The notes beneath the pieces were generated by a model. It was not told the DNA's origin and did not search any database. It was given only the letters and a program-made list of their open reading frames with translations. Below are positions 43,898 through 56,914 of a DNA stretch of 64,000 bases, one piece after another (position 1 is the first letter of the stretch; each line of letters starts with the position of its first letter). The stretch comes from an uncultured Candidatus Rokubacteria bacterium. Lineage in GTDB: Bacteria; Methylomirabilota; Methylomirabilia; Rokubacteriales; CSP1-6. The position numbers were made by a program, and so were the translations under genes. The stretch covers positions 128,001-192,000 of the forward strand of contig CAVXJS010000021.1 of NCBI GenBank assembly GCA_963762145.1. Direction: 5' to 3'.

Positions 43898-45664
43898 GTG
43901 ATCGCGGACATAGTCTTTGATATTCCGATCGACCACGCGTTCTCGTATGTGGTTCCGGCGGGTCTGGTGGTCGCCCGGGGGCAGCGGGTCAGCGCGCCGC
44001 TCCAGGGCCGGGCGCGGGTCGGCGTGGTGGTCGGGCTCCGCGATGGCGACGCGGCCGGGCTGAAGCCGCTGCAGCGCGCGGTGGAGCCGGTGCCCGTGCT
44101 CTCCGAGGCCGGCCTCGAGCTGGGCCGCTGGGCCGCCGGCGAGAGCCTGTCGTCGTGGGGGTCGACCCTGCTCTCGCTCCTGCCGCCGCCCCCGCGCGGG
44201 GGCGCCGCCGAGACGGTGTCGGCGCCTGCAGCCCCCGCGCCCGGCCCCACGCGCGCGGCGGAGCTCTGGACGGACGAGCGGCGCGAGGACCGGCTCGTCG
44301 AGTGCCTGGAGCGCGAGCCCGGCGCGGCGCTCGTCATCACGCCCGACCGCGAGGCGGCCGCGCGCTGGGCGCAGCGGCTCGATGCGCCCCGGCTCGACAG
44401 CGGCGTCTCCGGGGCGGAGCGCCGCCGGGCCTGGTTCGCGGCCGCCCGCGGGCGCAGCCGAGTCGTGGTCGGCACGCGGTCGGCGTTGCTGGCGCCTTTG
44501 CCCCCGCCCGCGGTGCTGGCGCTGATCGACGAGCACGATCCGGCCCACAAGCCGCCCGGCGCCCCGCGGCTGCATTCGCGCGATCTGCTCCGGCGCCGGG
44601 CCGAGCTCGACGGCAGCCGCCTGCTCCTGCTCTCCGCCACCCCGTCGGCCGAGAGCTGGTGGCACGCGCGCCAGGGCCGGATCGTACGGCCGGACGCGCC
44701 CCCGGCTTCCTGGCCGGAGGTCATCACCGCGGACACGCGGGGCATCCTCCGGAACCACCCGCTCACCCTGCCGCTGACACGCGCCATCGAGGACATGTCG
44801 CGGCGGGGCCGCCGGGCCGTCCTCATCGTCAGCCGCCGGACGTCCGCGCTCGCCTGCCACGAGTGCGGCACCGTGCTTCGCTGCCCGGATTGCGGCGTGG
44901 CCCTGTCCCTCGCCCGCGACCGGAGCGCGCTCCGCTGCCCGCTGTGCGCGCGCGCCGATCCACCCCCCGACCACTGCCCGGCGTGCGGCGGTCATCGGCT
45001 CTCCCCGTCCGGCTGGGATCCCGAGCGCGTCCAGGCCTCGGTCGCTCGACGCTTTCCGCGGCTGACCGTCTCGCGGCAGGACCTCGAGGCCCAGGTGCTC
45101 GTCGGCACGCCCGCCCTGCTCCGCGCGCTACCCCGGCGGTCGGTCGGCTGCGTCGGCTTCGTCGCCCTCGACGGGCTGCTGCGGGTGCCGGACTTCCGCG
45201 CGGGCGAGCGGACCTGGCAGCTCCTGTGGGCCGCCGCAGAATCGGTGACGCCGGGCGGACGCCTCATCATCCAGACCCAGCATCCAGAGCACTACGCGAT
45301 CCGGGCCGTGCAGGCGCAGGATCGCGCGAGCTTCTACGAGGAGGAGCTCAAGTTCCGGGCCGAGCTCGGCTACCCGCCGTATCGCCGGCTCGCCGAGGTC
45401 TCGGCCCGCGGCGGGGAGGACGGCCAGGTGCGGGCCCTCGTCGCCGAGTGCGCGACGGCCCTCCGCGGCATCGGAGGCCTCACGATCTATCCTCCCGTCT
45501 CGGTGACCCCGCCGCGCGGGCGCAAGAGCCGCTGGCGCTTCGTGATCAAGGGCCCCGCCGACCTGCCGCGCCTCCTGGCGCCGGCGCTCGAGCCCTTCCT
45601 CGGGCGGCGACGGCGCGCGAGCGGTATGGTAGAAATAGAGATGGATCCGCAGTCCAACGGCTAG
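43898..45664 (+). CDS. priA: Primosomal protein N' (short, helicase motifs degenerate)
   Basis: 3'-binding domain FSY..P..G.RV.AP, VVGTRSA, LSATPS, four CxxC, PDFRAGER, IQT, LGYPPY. Confidence 0.88.
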   Translation: MIADIVFDIPIDHAFSYVVPAGLVVARGQRVSAPLQGRARVGVVVGLRDGDAAGLKPLQRAVEPVPVLSEAGLELGRWAAGESLSSWGSTLLSLLPPPPRGGAAETVSAPAAPAPGPTRAAELWTDERREDRLVECLEREPGAALVITPDREAAARWAQRLDAPRLDSGVSGAERRRAWFAAARGRSRVVVGTRSALLAPLPPPAVLALIDEHDPAHKPPGAPRLHSRDLLRRRAELDGSRLLLLSATPSAESWWHARQGRIVRPDAPPASWPEVITADTRGILRNHPLTLPLTRAIEDMSRRGRRAVLIVSRRTSALACHECGTVLRCPDCGVALSLARDRSALRCPLCARADPPPDHCPACGGHRLSPSGWDPERVQASVARRFPRLTVSRQDLEAQVLVGTPALLRALPRRSVGCVGFVALDGLLRVPDFRAGERTWQLLWAAAESVTPGGRLIIQTQHPEHYAIRAVQAQDRASFYEEELKFRAELGYPPYRRLAEVSARGGEDGQVRALVAECATALRGIGGLTIYPPVSVTPPRGRKSRWRFVIKGPADLPRLLAPALEPFLGRRRRASGMVEIEMDPQSNG

Positions 45665-45692
45665 CGACACGGCCCAGAGAGGGGATGGGACA

Positions 45693-46214
45693 GTGGCATT
45701 GCTCACGGTGAGGCTCTACGGCGACCCGGTCCTGCGTCAGGTGGCCGCCCCGGTGCGCGACATTACCGCCGAGATCAAGCGGATCATCGCGGACATGACC
45801 GAGACCATGTGGCACCAGGTCGGCATCGGGCTGGCCGCGCCCCAGGTCGGGCTCCCGTACCGCATTCTCGTGATGGACGACGGCAAGGGTGGCGCGCAGG
45901 CCCTGATCAATCCGGAGATCGAGAGCCGCAGCGGGACCATTCGCGAGGAAGAAGGCTGCCTCTCGCTTCCGGGAATCTTCGGCGTGGTCGAGCGCAGCAA
46001 GACGATCACGGTGAAGGCCACGGACGCGGACGGCAAGCCGGTCTCGTTCGAGGCCACCGGGCTCAAGGCCCGGATCGTCCAGCACGAGCTGGATCACCTC
46101 GACGGCGTGCTCTTCATCGATCGGCTGCCTCCGGTGACCCGGGACCGCATCAAGAAGAAGATCCAGAAGGAAGGCTTCCCCAAGGAGACGGGGAACCACG
46201 CCTTCGCGCTCTAG
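45693..46214 (+). CDS. def: Peptide deformylase
   Basis: [24 protein letters not shown]. Confidence 0.98.
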   Translation: MALLTVRLYGDPVLRQVAAPVRDITAEIKRIIADMTETMWHQVGIGLAAPQVGLPYRILVMDDGKGGAQALINPEIESRSGTIREEEGCLSLPGIFGVVERSKTITVKATDADGKPVSFEATGLKARIVQHELDHLDGVLFIDRLPPVTRDRIKKKIQKEGFPKETGNHAFAL

Positions 46215-46224
46215 CGAATCCCGG

Positions 46225-47158
46225 CTGCGCGTTCTGTTCTACGGCACGCCGGCCTTCGCCCTGCCCACGCTCGAGGCTCTGCTGACGCACCACCAGGTGG
46301 TGGCGGTCATCACCCAGCCCGACAAGCCGGCCGGCCGCGGGCGCACCGTGACGGCCTCCCCGGTGAAGCAGCGCGCGCTCGACGGCCTCGGTGCCGGTGC
46401 TACAGCCGCCGCGGCTTCGCGACGCGGGCTGGCCGGAGCGCCTGGCCGAGTACCGGGCCGACGTGGCGGTGGTCGCCGCCTTCGGCCAGATCCTGCCCAA
46501 GGCGGTCCTGGACGTGCCGGTGCAGGGCTCCATCAATGTCCACGGCTCGGTGCTGCCCCGCTACCGCGGCGCGGCGCCGATCGCCTGGGCCATCATGCGC
46601 GGCGAGACGGAGACCGGCATCACCACATTCCAGATGGACCCGGGCATGGACACCGGCGACGTGCTCCTGACCGAGGCGACGCCGATCGGCCCCGAGGAGA
46701 CGGCCGGTGAGCTCTCCACCCGGATGGCGGAGATCGGCGCACGGCTCCTGCTGGGAACGCTCGAGGGCGTCGCCACGCTGCCTCGCATTCCGCAGGATCA
46801 CACGAAGGCCACGCTGGCGCCCCGACTCAAGAAGGAAGACGGCTGGCTGCGGCCCGCCGAGCCCGCGCGCGATCTCGTCAACCGCGTGCGCGGCTGTAAC
46901 CCGTGGCCGGGCGCCGCGCTCATGACGCCGGCCGGCCGGCTTCTGGTCTGGCGCGCGACCGCGGTTGCCGCGTCCGGCGCCGCCGCGGCCCCCGGCACCC
47001 TCGTCGCCACTCCCTCCACCCTCGCCATCGCCACCGGCGACGGCCTGCTCGTCCCGCTCGACGTCCAGCCGGAAAATCGCAAGGCGATGCGGTGGCCCGA
47101 CTTCCTCCGCGGCGCCCGCCTGTCGGCGGGCGCCCGCGTGACCGAGCCCGCCTCGTGA
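46225..47158 (+). CDS. fmt: Methionyl-tRNA formyltransferase (apparent CTG start; frameshift near 46385)
   Basis: [48 protein letters not shown]. Confidence 0.93.
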
Positions 47159-48549
47159 GCCCGATTCTCAAGGCGGGCCCGGTCTCCCAGGCCCGATACG
47201 AGGCGCTGCACATCCTGGTCCGGGTCGAGCGGGACCGCGCCTTCGCCGATCTCGCACTCGAGGCCGCGCTCGATCGCGCGCGCCTCGACGCTCGGGACGC
47301 GGGGCTCTGCACCGAGATCGTCTACGGCACCCTGCGCTGGCGTCGCCACCTGGACTGGCGCCTCACCCCGCATCTCAACCGCCCGCTCGCCAAGCTCGAT
47401 CCCTGGGTGCGCGCGGTACTGCGCCTCACCGCGTACCAGCTCCTCTTTCTCGATCGCGTCCCGCGCTGGGCCGCGGTCGACGAGGCGGTGAGCATCGCCC
47501 GGCTCAAGTCTCGCAACCCGGGCCCCGCGGAATTCGTCAACGCGGTGCTGCGGGCCTTCACCGCGGGCGCCCGCCCCGCCCCGACTGCCCGCCGCTCCGG
47601 TCGAGGCGGCCGCGATCCGCTGGTCGTTTCCGGACTGGATGGCTGCGCGCTGGATCGCCCGCTACGGGCTCCCGGAGGCGGAACGCCTCATGCAAGGGCT
47701 CGACGAGCGCCCACCCGTGACCATCCGCGCGAACACCCTGCGCATCTCGCGCGAAGACCTCGCGACCCGGCTCCGGGACGAGGAGCTGGCCGATACGGAT
47801 CCCACGCCGCTCGCGCCGGAGGGCCTCACCGTGCGCCGGGGCGGCATCGGCCGGTGGGCCGCCTTCGCGGCGGGCTGGTGCGCGATCCAGGACGAGGCGT
47901 CCATGCTGACGGCGCGCCTGCTCGATCCACAGCCGGGTGAGCTGGTCGCGGACACCTGCGCCGCGCCCGGGACCAAGACCACCCACCTGGCCCAGCTCAT
48001 GGCCAATCGTGGGCGCATCATCGCCATGGATCCGCACGCGGGGCGGCTCGGGCTCCTGACCCAGGCGGTGTCCCGGCTCGGGGTCTCCATCGTCGAGGCG
48101 CACGCGGGCGGCGTGGCCTCGGTGTCGGGGCGCTGGAAGAACCGCTGCGACCGGGTGCTGGTCGATGCGCCCTGCTCGAACCTGGGCGTGCTGCGCCGCA
48201 ATCCCGACGTGAAGTGGAAGCGGGAGGAGACGGAGCTCGGCCGGCTCGCCGAGAAGCAGCGGGGCATTCTCACCGCCGCGGCGGAGCTCGCCAAGCCGGG
48301 CGGACGCCTGGTCTACGCCACCTGCTCGCTCGAGCCCGAGGAGAACGATGAGGTCGTACGGGCCTTCCTCGACGAGCATCCCGACTGGCGTGTGGATCCA
48401 CCCGCCGCGCTTCCCGGTGCCGCCCGGCGCCGGACGGCGTGATTCGCTGCCTGCCTCACGTGCACGGAACCGACGGCTTCACCGCGGTGCGGCTGATGCC
48501 GGCTGCCGAGAACCTGACGCCCTTTGCGGCTCCCGCCGCTTTGGAGTAA
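47155..48549 (+). CDS. rsmB: 16S rRNA m5C967 methyltransferase (frameshifts near 47570 and 48420)
   Basis: NusB-like N-terminus FVNAVLR, IQDEAS, CAAPGTKT, DAPCS, YATCS, TDGF. Confidence 0.93.
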
Positions 48550-48561
48550 GGTCGTCGCATC

Positions 48562-49257
48562 ATGAAGATCGCACCCAGCATCCTGTCCGCCGACTTCGCC
48601 GCGCTGGGCGAGGCCATCGCGCGGGTGGAGGCGGCGGGAGCGGACCTGCTCCACGTGGACGTCATGGACGGCCACTTCGTGCCCAATCTCACCATCGGGC
48701 CGCCCGGTGATCGAGTCCGATCCGGAAGCGGACCCGCCTCCCCCTCGACGTGCACCTGATGATCGAGGAGCCCGAGCGCTGGGTGGAGACGTACGTGAAG
48801 GCCGGCGCGGACTAGGTCACGGTGCACGCGGAGGCCTGCCCGCACCTCGAGCGGGCGCTGCCCGTGATCCGGGAGGCCGGGGCCCGGGCCGGGGTGGCGC
48901 TCAACCCCTCCACCCCGCCCGGGGTCCTCCAGTACGTGCTGGACGACCTCGACCTGGTCCTGGTCATGTCGGTCAACCCCGGGCTTCGGCGGCCAGTCGT
49001 TCATCCCGACCGCCTACGAAAGATCCGCCGAAGTCAGAGTGATGCTCGCCGGCCGGCCGGTCGCTGATCTCGGTGGACGGCGGGGTCAAGACCGACAATG
49101 CCGGCCGCGCTGGCCCAGGCCGGGGCCGACGTGCTGGTGGCCGGGTCGGCCGTGTTCGGCGCCCCCGATCCGGGCGCCGCGCTGGTCGACGCTGCAGGAG
49201 TGCGTCGGAAGTACCGAGAAGGGCTTGACTTTTTCCAGCGCTCGCAGTATCCTTTAG
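48562..49257 (+). CDS. rpe: Ribulose-phosphate 3-epimerase (frameshifts, in-frame TAG at 48813; end approximate)
   Basis: [44 protein letters not shown]. Confidence 0.9.
49225..49253 (+). promoter_or_regulatory. Sigma70 promoter of ffh operon
   Basis: TTGACT-17 nt-TATCCT. Confidence 0.7.
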
Positions 49258-49293
49258 CGTTTCCACGAACTGTCCCCTGGTGGAAGAACGCGC

Positions 49294-50643
<1,350 letters not shown>

Positions 50644-50692
50644 GCCCCCGGACCTACGCAGATCACGACAACCGAACAGAGAGAGGTGACCA

Positions 50693-50954
50693 GTGGCGGT
50701 GCACATCAGGCTGAGACGGACGGGAACGACGCGGAAGCCGGCATACCGCGTGGTGGTGGCGGACTCGCGCGCGGCGCGGGACGGCAAGTTCATCGAGGTG
50801 CTCGGGCACTACAACCCGCTCACGAACCCGCCGACGATCAAGATCGAGGTCGAGAAGGCGCAGGCGTGGATCAGCCAAGGGAGCCCAGCCCTCTAACACC
50901 GTGAAGCACCTGCTGGCGCGGGCGCGGAGCGCCGCGGGAGCCGTCAAGGCCTAG
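50693..50954 (+). CDS. rpsP: 30S ribosomal protein S16 (frameshift near 50880)
   Basis: AVHIRLRR, YRVVVADSR, RDGKFIE, GHYNP. Confidence 0.96.
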
Positions 50955-50962
50955 GGGATCCG

Positions 50963-51484
50963 GTGACGGGAGCGCCGCTCGTGACGATCGGCGAGGTGCT
51001 GCGGCCCTACGGGCTCCGTGGCGAGGTCAAGGTGCGTCCGCTCACCGACCGGCCCCGCGAGCGGTTCAAGGCTCTCATGTCGTGCACGCTGTGGGAGCCC
51101 CAGGTGGACCGGCGCGAGCCGTGCCGCATCGCGTCCTGCCGGTTCGAAGGAGACACCGTCTACCTCCGGATGGACGGGGTGGATTCGCCGGAGGCGGCCC
51201 GTCGGTTTTGCGGGCGGCTGCTCGCGGTGACCCGGGAGGAGGCCCTGCCTCCCGTGGACGGCAGCTTCTACCCGTGGCAGCTCGAGGGAGCGGTGGTCGA
51301 GACGCGCGACGGGCGCGCGGTGGGCCGGTTCGTGGGGGTGGAGTCGGGCGCGCAGGAGCTGTGGCTGGTGGACGACGGCGCCCAGCGGAGGCTCATCCCT
51401 GCGGTGCCGGAGATCGTGGTGGAAGTCAGCGTGGCGGATCGTCGGATCGTGATCGATCCGCCGGAAGGGCTGCTGGACCTGTGA
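50963..51484 (+). CDS. rimM: Ribosome maturation factor RimM
   Basis: GLRGEVKV, FY..QLEG, LIPAV, DPPEGLL. Confidence 0.94.
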   Translation: MTGAPLVTIGEVLRPYGLRGEVKVRPLTDRPRERFKALMSCTLWEPQVDRREPCRIASCRFEGDTVYLRMDGVDSPEAARRFCGRLLAVTREEALPPVDGSFYPWQLEGAVVETRDGRAVGRFVGVESGAQELWLVDDGAQRRLIPAVPEIVVEVSVADRRIVIDPPEGLLDL

Positions 51485-52238
51485 GGATCGACATCGTCAC
51501 CCTGTTCCCGGGGATGCTCGAGGCGCCGCTCGCCGAGTCGATCCTGGGGCGCGCCCGCGCGCGCGGCCTCGTGGACATCCGCGTGCACGACCTCCGGGAG
51601 CACGCCAGCGGGCGGCACCGGGTGACCGACGAGCCGCCCTTCGGCGGCGGCGGCGGCATGATCCTCAAGCCGGAGCCGCTCGCCGCGGCTATCCAAGCCC
51701 TGCGGGCGGCTGGGTCGGCCGCCCCCGCGCGTGATCCTGCTGGGCCCGGCCGGTCGCCGCTTCAGCCAGGTGGTGGCGCGGGAGCTGGCGCGCCGGCCCC
51801 ACCTGGTGCTCGTCTGCGGCCGCTACGAGGGAGTGGACGAGCGGGTCAGCGAGCAGCTCGTGGACGAGGAGCTGTCCATCGGCGACTATGTGCTGACCGG
51901 GGGCGAGCCGGCCGCGCTGGTGGTGTCGGACGCGGTCACGCGCCTGCTGCCCGGCGTGCTGGGCGACGAGGACGCGCCCGCGCGCGATTCCTTCGCGCGG
52001 CGGGCTCCTCGAGCACCCGCAGTACACGCGACCCGAGGTGTTTCGCGGCGCGGCCGTGCCCGAGGTGCTGCGCTCGGGCGATCACGGCCGCATCGCCCGC
52101 TGGCGCGCCCTGATGTCGCTGTGGCGTACGTGGCAGCGCCGGCCGGATCTCCTGGAGACCGCCGATCTCACCCCGGAGGAGCAGAAGTGGACCGACGCGT
52201 TCCGGCAGGGCCGGACGCCGACGGATCTCCTGGACTAA
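51481..52238 (+). CDS. trmD: tRNA m1G37 methyltransferase (frameshifts)
   Basis: [39 protein letters not shown]. Confidence 0.95.
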
Positions 52239-52262
52239 TCATCGAGCAAGGAGCGTCATATC

Positions 52263-52634
52263 ATGGAAGCGATCCGAATCGTGGAAGCGGGTGATCTCAA
52301 GAAGGACCGGGGCGGCTTCCGGCCCGGCGACACCGTCAAGGTGATGGTGAAGGTGGTCGAGGGCGAGAAGGAGCGCCTGCAGGCGTTCGAGGGGGTGTGC
52401 ATCCGCCGCCGCGGGGGCGGCACCGGCGCCTCGTTCACGGTGCGGCGCATCTCCTACGGGGTCGGCGTGGAGCGCACGTTCCCGGTGCACTCGCCGCGGA
52501 TCGACAAGATCCAGGTGATGAAGCGGGCGACGGTGCGCCGGTCCAAGCTCTACTACCTCCGCGAGCTGGTCGGCAAGGCGGCGCGGCTCAAGGAGAAGCG
52601 ATTCGCCCAAGTGCCCACCTCCGGCGAGAGCTAA
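52263..52634 (+). CDS. rplS: 50S ribosomal protein L19
   Basis: [33 protein letters not shown]. Confidence 0.98.
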   Translation: MEAIRIVEAGDLKKDRGGFRPGDTVKVMVKVVEGEKERLQAFEGVCIRRRGGGTGASFTVRRISYGVGVERTFPVHSPRIDKIQVMKRATVRRSKLYYLRELVGKAARLKEKRFAQVPTSGES

Positions 52635-52649
52635 AATCGGGCCCTGACG

Positions 52650-53297
52650 GTGGGCGCGCCCTACCACTTCGAGAGCGCCGCGTGGCGGCGGGGCATCACC
52701 TGCCTGGCGGGCGTGGACGAGGCGGGACGGGGCCCGCTGGCGGGACCGGTGGTCGCGGCGGCGGTGGTGATCGCGCCGGGCGCACGGATCGCGGGAGTGG
52801 ACGATTCGAAGCGGCTCCTGCCGGAGGAGCGGCAGCGGCTCTTCGAGGTGATTCGCGAGCGCGCGGTGAGGGTGGGGATCGGGATCGTGGATCACCTGAC
52901 GATCGACCGGATCAACATCCTGCAGGCCACGCGGCTGGCGATGGGACAGGCGCTCGGTGCGCTGGGGGTCGAGCCGGAGCTGGTGTTGACGGATTTCGTG
53001 ACGGTACCAGGGCTGCGTTGCCCGCAGCGGAACCTGGTGGAAGGCGATCGGCGGTCGGCCTCGGTCGCGGCGGCCTCCATCATCGCCAAGGTGACGAGGG
53101 ACCGGATCATGGAAGAAGCGGATCGCGAGTTCCCGATCTACGGATTCGGGCGACACAAGGGGTACGCGACGCCCGAGCACCGGAGCGCGCTCGAGCAGCA
53201 CGGGCCGTGCGCGCTGCACCGGCGCACCTTCGCGGGAATCTGGAACCAGATGACGCTGTTTTCAAGCCGCGAGCTTCAATGGATCGAGGCTGACTAA
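52650..53297 (+). CDS. rnhB: Ribonuclease HII
   Basis: [33 protein letters not shown]. Confidence 0.97.
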   Translation: MGAPYHFESAAWRRGITCLAGVDEAGRGPLAGPVVAAAVVIAPGARIAGVDDSKRLLPEERQRLFEVIRERAVRVGIGIVDHLTIDRINILQATRLAMGQALGALGVEPELVLTDFVTVPGLRCPQRNLVEGDRRSASVAAASIIAKVTRDRIMEEADREFPIYGFGRHKGYATPEHRSALEQHGPCALHRRTFAGIWNQMTLFSSRELQWIEAD

Positions 53298-53303
53298 GGA
53301 GTC

Positions 53304-53690
53304 GTGAACGTGCCGACCGACACCAGGAAGATCACCGGCGTCAGAGGGGAGGAAGAAGCGGCCCGCTTCCTCGCGCGCAGTGGGCTCGCGATTCTGGACC
53401 GAAACGTGAGGACCCGCGCGGGGGAGATCGATCTCGTGGCGAAGGAGGGCAAGACCCTCGTGTTCGTCGAGGTCAAGACCCGCCGCGCCGCCGAGGGCGA
53501 TCCGCCGCAGGCCGCGGTGAACACGCGCAAGCAGAACCGGCTGGGCAAGCTGGCGCACGGCTATCTCAAGCTCAAACGGCTCCGGCAGGTCTCCTGCCGC
53601 TTCGACGTCGTCTCGGTGATCTTCAACGATGAAGGCGCGGTCAAGGCGATCAGACACATCCCCAACGCGTTCTCGGTCTCCGCCTGGTAG
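53304..53690 (+). CDS. yraN: YraN family nuclease
   Basis: GEEEAA, GEIDLV, FVEVKTR, RFDVV. Confidence 0.95.
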   Translation: MNVPTDTRKITGVRGEEEAARFLARSGLAILDRNVRTRAGEIDLVAKEGKTLVFVEVKTRRAAEGDPPQAAVNTRKQNRLGKLAHGYLKLKRLRQVSCRFDVVSVIFNDEGAVKAIRHIPNAFSVSAW

Positions 53691-53839
53691 CAGTAAACGG
53701 TTGCGCGGAATGCAGTGGCACGGTGAGGCGCAGCCGAAGGCGAGCCGAACGGATACAAAGAGCTTAAGGAAGTAAACGAAGATCCGGGGCACCGCGACGA
53801 AGGGATGCAAGAAAGCGCGCTGAGGTAACCGAAAGCACG

Positions 53840-54490
53840 ATGCACCGCGACGAGCTCTTCAGCAAGACCCTCCCCCTCGACCCCACGCACACCGCGCTGC
53901 TCGTCGTCGACATGCAGCGCGCGTTCGTGGAGGAGGGCCAGGCGATGGAGGTCACCCCGGCTCGCGACGTGATCCCGCGGATCCAGGAGCTGATCGCGGT
54001 GTTCCGCGAGAAGCACCTCCCGGTGGTCTTCACCGAGTTCACGTACTCACCCGCGGCGCCCCTCCTGGTGGGCGAACTCCATCCCGAGCACCGCCCGGCC
54101 ACCCCCGGGGCCCCCACCGGCTTCGGCCTCCCCTCGTCCTCGTGCCTGGAGGGCGCGGACAATGCGCGCGTGATCCCCGAGCTCGCTCCGCGCGCGGACG
54201 AGCTGGTGATCCGCAAGCACTACTACGACGGGTTCAACGGCACCGTGCTGGACGGCGCGCTCCGGGCGCGCGGCGTCACCACGCTCGTGATCACCGGCAC
54301 GATGACCGACATCTGCGTGCTTGGCACCGTGATCGGCGGCTTCAACCGCGAGTACCGGCTGATCGTGGTCGAGGACGGCGTGGCCACCCTGTGGCCCGAG
54401 ATCCAGCGCGCCACGCTCGATATCATCCGCCGGGCCTACGCGCGCGTGCTCGCGGCCAAGGAAGTGGCCGACGAGCTGGCGCGAGGTTGA
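53840..54490 (+). CDS. Isochorismatase-family cysteine hydrolase
   Basis: LLVVDMQ (D), IRKHYYDGF (K), TDICV (C) triad. Confidence 0.9.
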   Translation: MHRDELFSKTLPLDPTHTALLVVDMQRAFVEEGQAMEVTPARDVIPRIQELIAVFREKHLPVVFTEFTYSPAAPLLVGELHPEHRPATPGAPTGFGLPSSSCLEGADNARVIPELAPRADELVIRKHYYDGFNGTVLDGALRARGVTTLVITGTMTDICVLGTVIGGFNREYRLIVVEDGVATLWPEIQRATLDIIRRAYARVLAAKEVADELARG

Positions 54491-54520
54491 CCACGGCGCG
54501 GGTATGCTAGAGTCCTAGCC

Positions 54521-55450
54521 ATGGCGAACGGGCTCCGCTTCCACGGGTGCATGCCGGCCAATCTCCTGCCCTTCACCGCCGACCTGGCCGTGGACGAGCC
54601 GGCCTATCGCCGGCATCTTCGCTGGCTCGTCGACGCGCCCGGCGTCACCGGGATCGTGGCCAACGGCCACGCGGCCGAGGTCTCCTCGCTGACGCCCGAG
54701 GAGCGCCGGCGGACCCTGGCGATCGCCCTCGACGAGATCGCGGGCAAGGTGCCCGTGGTCACCGGTATCTACTCGGACGGGACGCTCGAGGCGGTGGAGC
54801 TGGCGCGAGACGCGCGCGCGGCGGGCGCGGCCGGCCTGCTCGTCTTCCCCCCGACCCTCTTCATGTGGGGCGCCCAGCAGAAGCCGGACATGGTGCTGCG
54901 CCACTTCCAGACCATCGCCGACGCGGTGGACCTGCCGCTGATCGTCTTCGAGTACCCGCCCGTGTCCGGGATCGGCTACAGCCCCGAGACGCTCGCCGAG
55001 CTGTGCAAGATCCCGACGGTGGCGGGCGTGAAGGACTGGTCGAACGACATCGTGTCGTACGAGAAGAACCTGCGCGCGCTGCGCGGCGCGGGCCGGCCGG
55101 TGGCGATGCTCTCGGCCTTCACGATGTCGCTGATGGCGAGCTTCATGATCGGCGCCGACGGCTGCATCTCGGGCATGGGCAGCGTGACCGCCGATCTGCA
55201 GGCGTCGCTGCTCGCGGCGGTGCAGACCGGCCGGCTCGACGAGGCGCGGGCGATCAACGACCGGCTGGCGCCGCTCGTCCAGGTGTTCTACGCGCCGCCC
55301 TTCGTGGACATGCACAATCGCATGAAGGAAGCCCTCGCGATCCTCGGTCGCATCCCGGCCGCCCACGTGCGGCCCCCGCTCACTCCCGTCTCCGACGACG
55401 AGCGGCACCGGATCCGTCTGGCGCTCCGAGCGGCCGGCCTCTCGGCCTAG
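54521..55450 (+). CDS. DapA/NAL-family aldolase or lyase
   Basis: NGHAAE, EER, FEYP, Schiff-base Lys in GVKDWS, VRPPL. Confidence 0.88.
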   Translation: MANGLRFHGCMPANLLPFTADLAVDEPAYRRHLRWLVDAPGVTGIVANGHAAEVSSLTPEERRRTLAIALDEIAGKVPVVTGIYSDGTLEAVELARDARAAGAAGLLVFPPTLFMWGAQQKPDMVLRHFQTIADAVDLPLIVFEYPPVSGIGYSPETLAELCKIPTVAGVKDWSNDIVSYEKNLRALRGAGRPVAMLSAFTMSLMASFMIGADGCISGMGSVTADLQASLLAAVQTGRLDEARAINDRLAPLVQVFYAPPFVDMHNRMKEALAILGRIPAAHVRPPLTPVSDDERHRIRLALRAAGLSA

Positions 55451-55563
55451 AGCGTCCGGCTCCGGGCTCTTCCCGGCCGAGCAGGCGCAGTAAGCGCACC
55501 CTTGCGGCCGAGGGCGTTTTCACGGTATAAGACCGTCCAATCTCCGCATCCCAGCGAGGTGGA

Positions 55564-56914
55564 ATGGCAGGTCCGGCTGGCCGCAGTCCTGAAGAAGTAG
55601 CTCTACTCGAGACGGCGATGCGCGTTCTCCCCGGGGGCGTCTTGGGGGGGTACTACGCTCCGCAGGAGCTGGCCTTCGTCGTCCGCGAGGCCCGGGGACC
55701 GCGGCTCTACGACTTCTCGGGCCGCGAGTACATTGACTATATCCTGGGCAGCGGCCCCCTCGTGCTGGGCCACGCCCATCCTGCGGTGGTCGCCGCGGTC
55801 GAGACCCAGCTCCGCAAGGGCACCACGTACTTCCAGCTCAGCGAGCCCACCCTGGCGCTGGCCGAGGAGATCTGCCGGGCCGTCCCGTGCGCCGAGCAGG
55901 TCCGGTTCTGCGGCAGCGGGAGCGAGGCGACCTTCTTCGCCCTCCGCGTGGCCCGCGCGTTCCGGCAGCGGGACAAGATCCTGAAGTTCGAGGGCGGCTT
56001 TCACGGCGTCCACGACTATTCCCTCATGAGCGTGGGCCCCCGGGCGCCCAAGGCGTTCCCCGCCCCCACTCCGGACTCGGCGGGCATTCCCCACGCCATC
56101 CAGGGGGAGGTGCTGGTCGCGCCCTTCAACGACGTGGCCGAGGCCCAGGCCATGATCGAGGCGCACCACGACGATCTGGCCGCGGTGATCATGGAGCCGT
56201 TGCAGCGGCTGGTCGTGCCGGAGCCCGGGTTCCTCCAGGGCGTACGCGAGATCACCGCGCGGCACGGCGTGCCGCTGATCTTCGACGAGATCGTCACCGG
56301 GTTCCGGTTCGCCTACGGGGGTGCCCAGGAATACTACGGCGTCGTGCCCGACCTGGCCGCCTTCGGCAAGATCATCGGCGGCGGCTTCCCGCTCGCCGCG
56401 GTGGCCGGCCGCCGCGACATCATGCGGCACTTCTCGCCGGAGCTCGAGCGAGGGCGGAGTTCGTCCAGCAGGCGGGCACGCTGAACGGCAATCCGATCGC
56501 CGCCGCGGCGGGGCTCGCCACCCTCGCCGAGCTGCGCCGGCCCGGAACCTACGAGCGCCTGTTCGCGACCGGCACCGCCTCAAGCAGGGGCTCGAGGCGG
56601 CCGCGCGGCGCGCCGGGCCTGCCCGTTCAGGTGGCGGGCGAGGCGCCGGTGTTCGAGATCTACTTCACCGACCGGCCGATCACCGACTACCGCGCCACGC
56701 TGTCCGCAGACCAGGCCCTCCACGCGGCCTTCACCCGCGAGATGCTCACCCGCGGGGTGGTCAAGGCGGCGCAGAAGTTCTACGTGTCGCTCGTCCACAG
56801 CGAGGCGGAGGTGCGCGCAAACCCTGGAGGTCTTCGGCGACGCGCTCGACCGCAGTGGCGGGAACTTCTCACTCGAGCAGCCGATTACGCAGTCACAGGA
56901 GGCCTTCACCATGA
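55564..56914 (+). CDS. Class III PLP aminotransferase (GSA aminomutase-like; 3' frameshifts, end approximate)
   Basis: LGHAHP, SGSEAT, FDEIVTGFR, FGKIIGGG, GTLNGNP. Confidence 0.87.

Noticed and set aside
48813-48815. In-frame TAG in rpe as pyrrolysine or stop recoding
   Set aside because: TAG ends many normal genes here (lepA, lepB, hrcA), and the codon lies in an error-dense zone; a base-call error is more likely
49254-49293. SRP RNA near ffh
   Set aside because: The gap is too short and no SRP domain IV motif is seen
53716-53731. TGGCAC as a third sigma54 promoter
   Set aside because: No TTGC or GC at the required -12 spacing
53700-53835. GCCGAAGG region as a glycine riboswitch or 6S RNA
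   Set aside because: Lacks the GGAGA and CUCAGG elements and any long 6S-type duplex; kept only as an unknown shared motif
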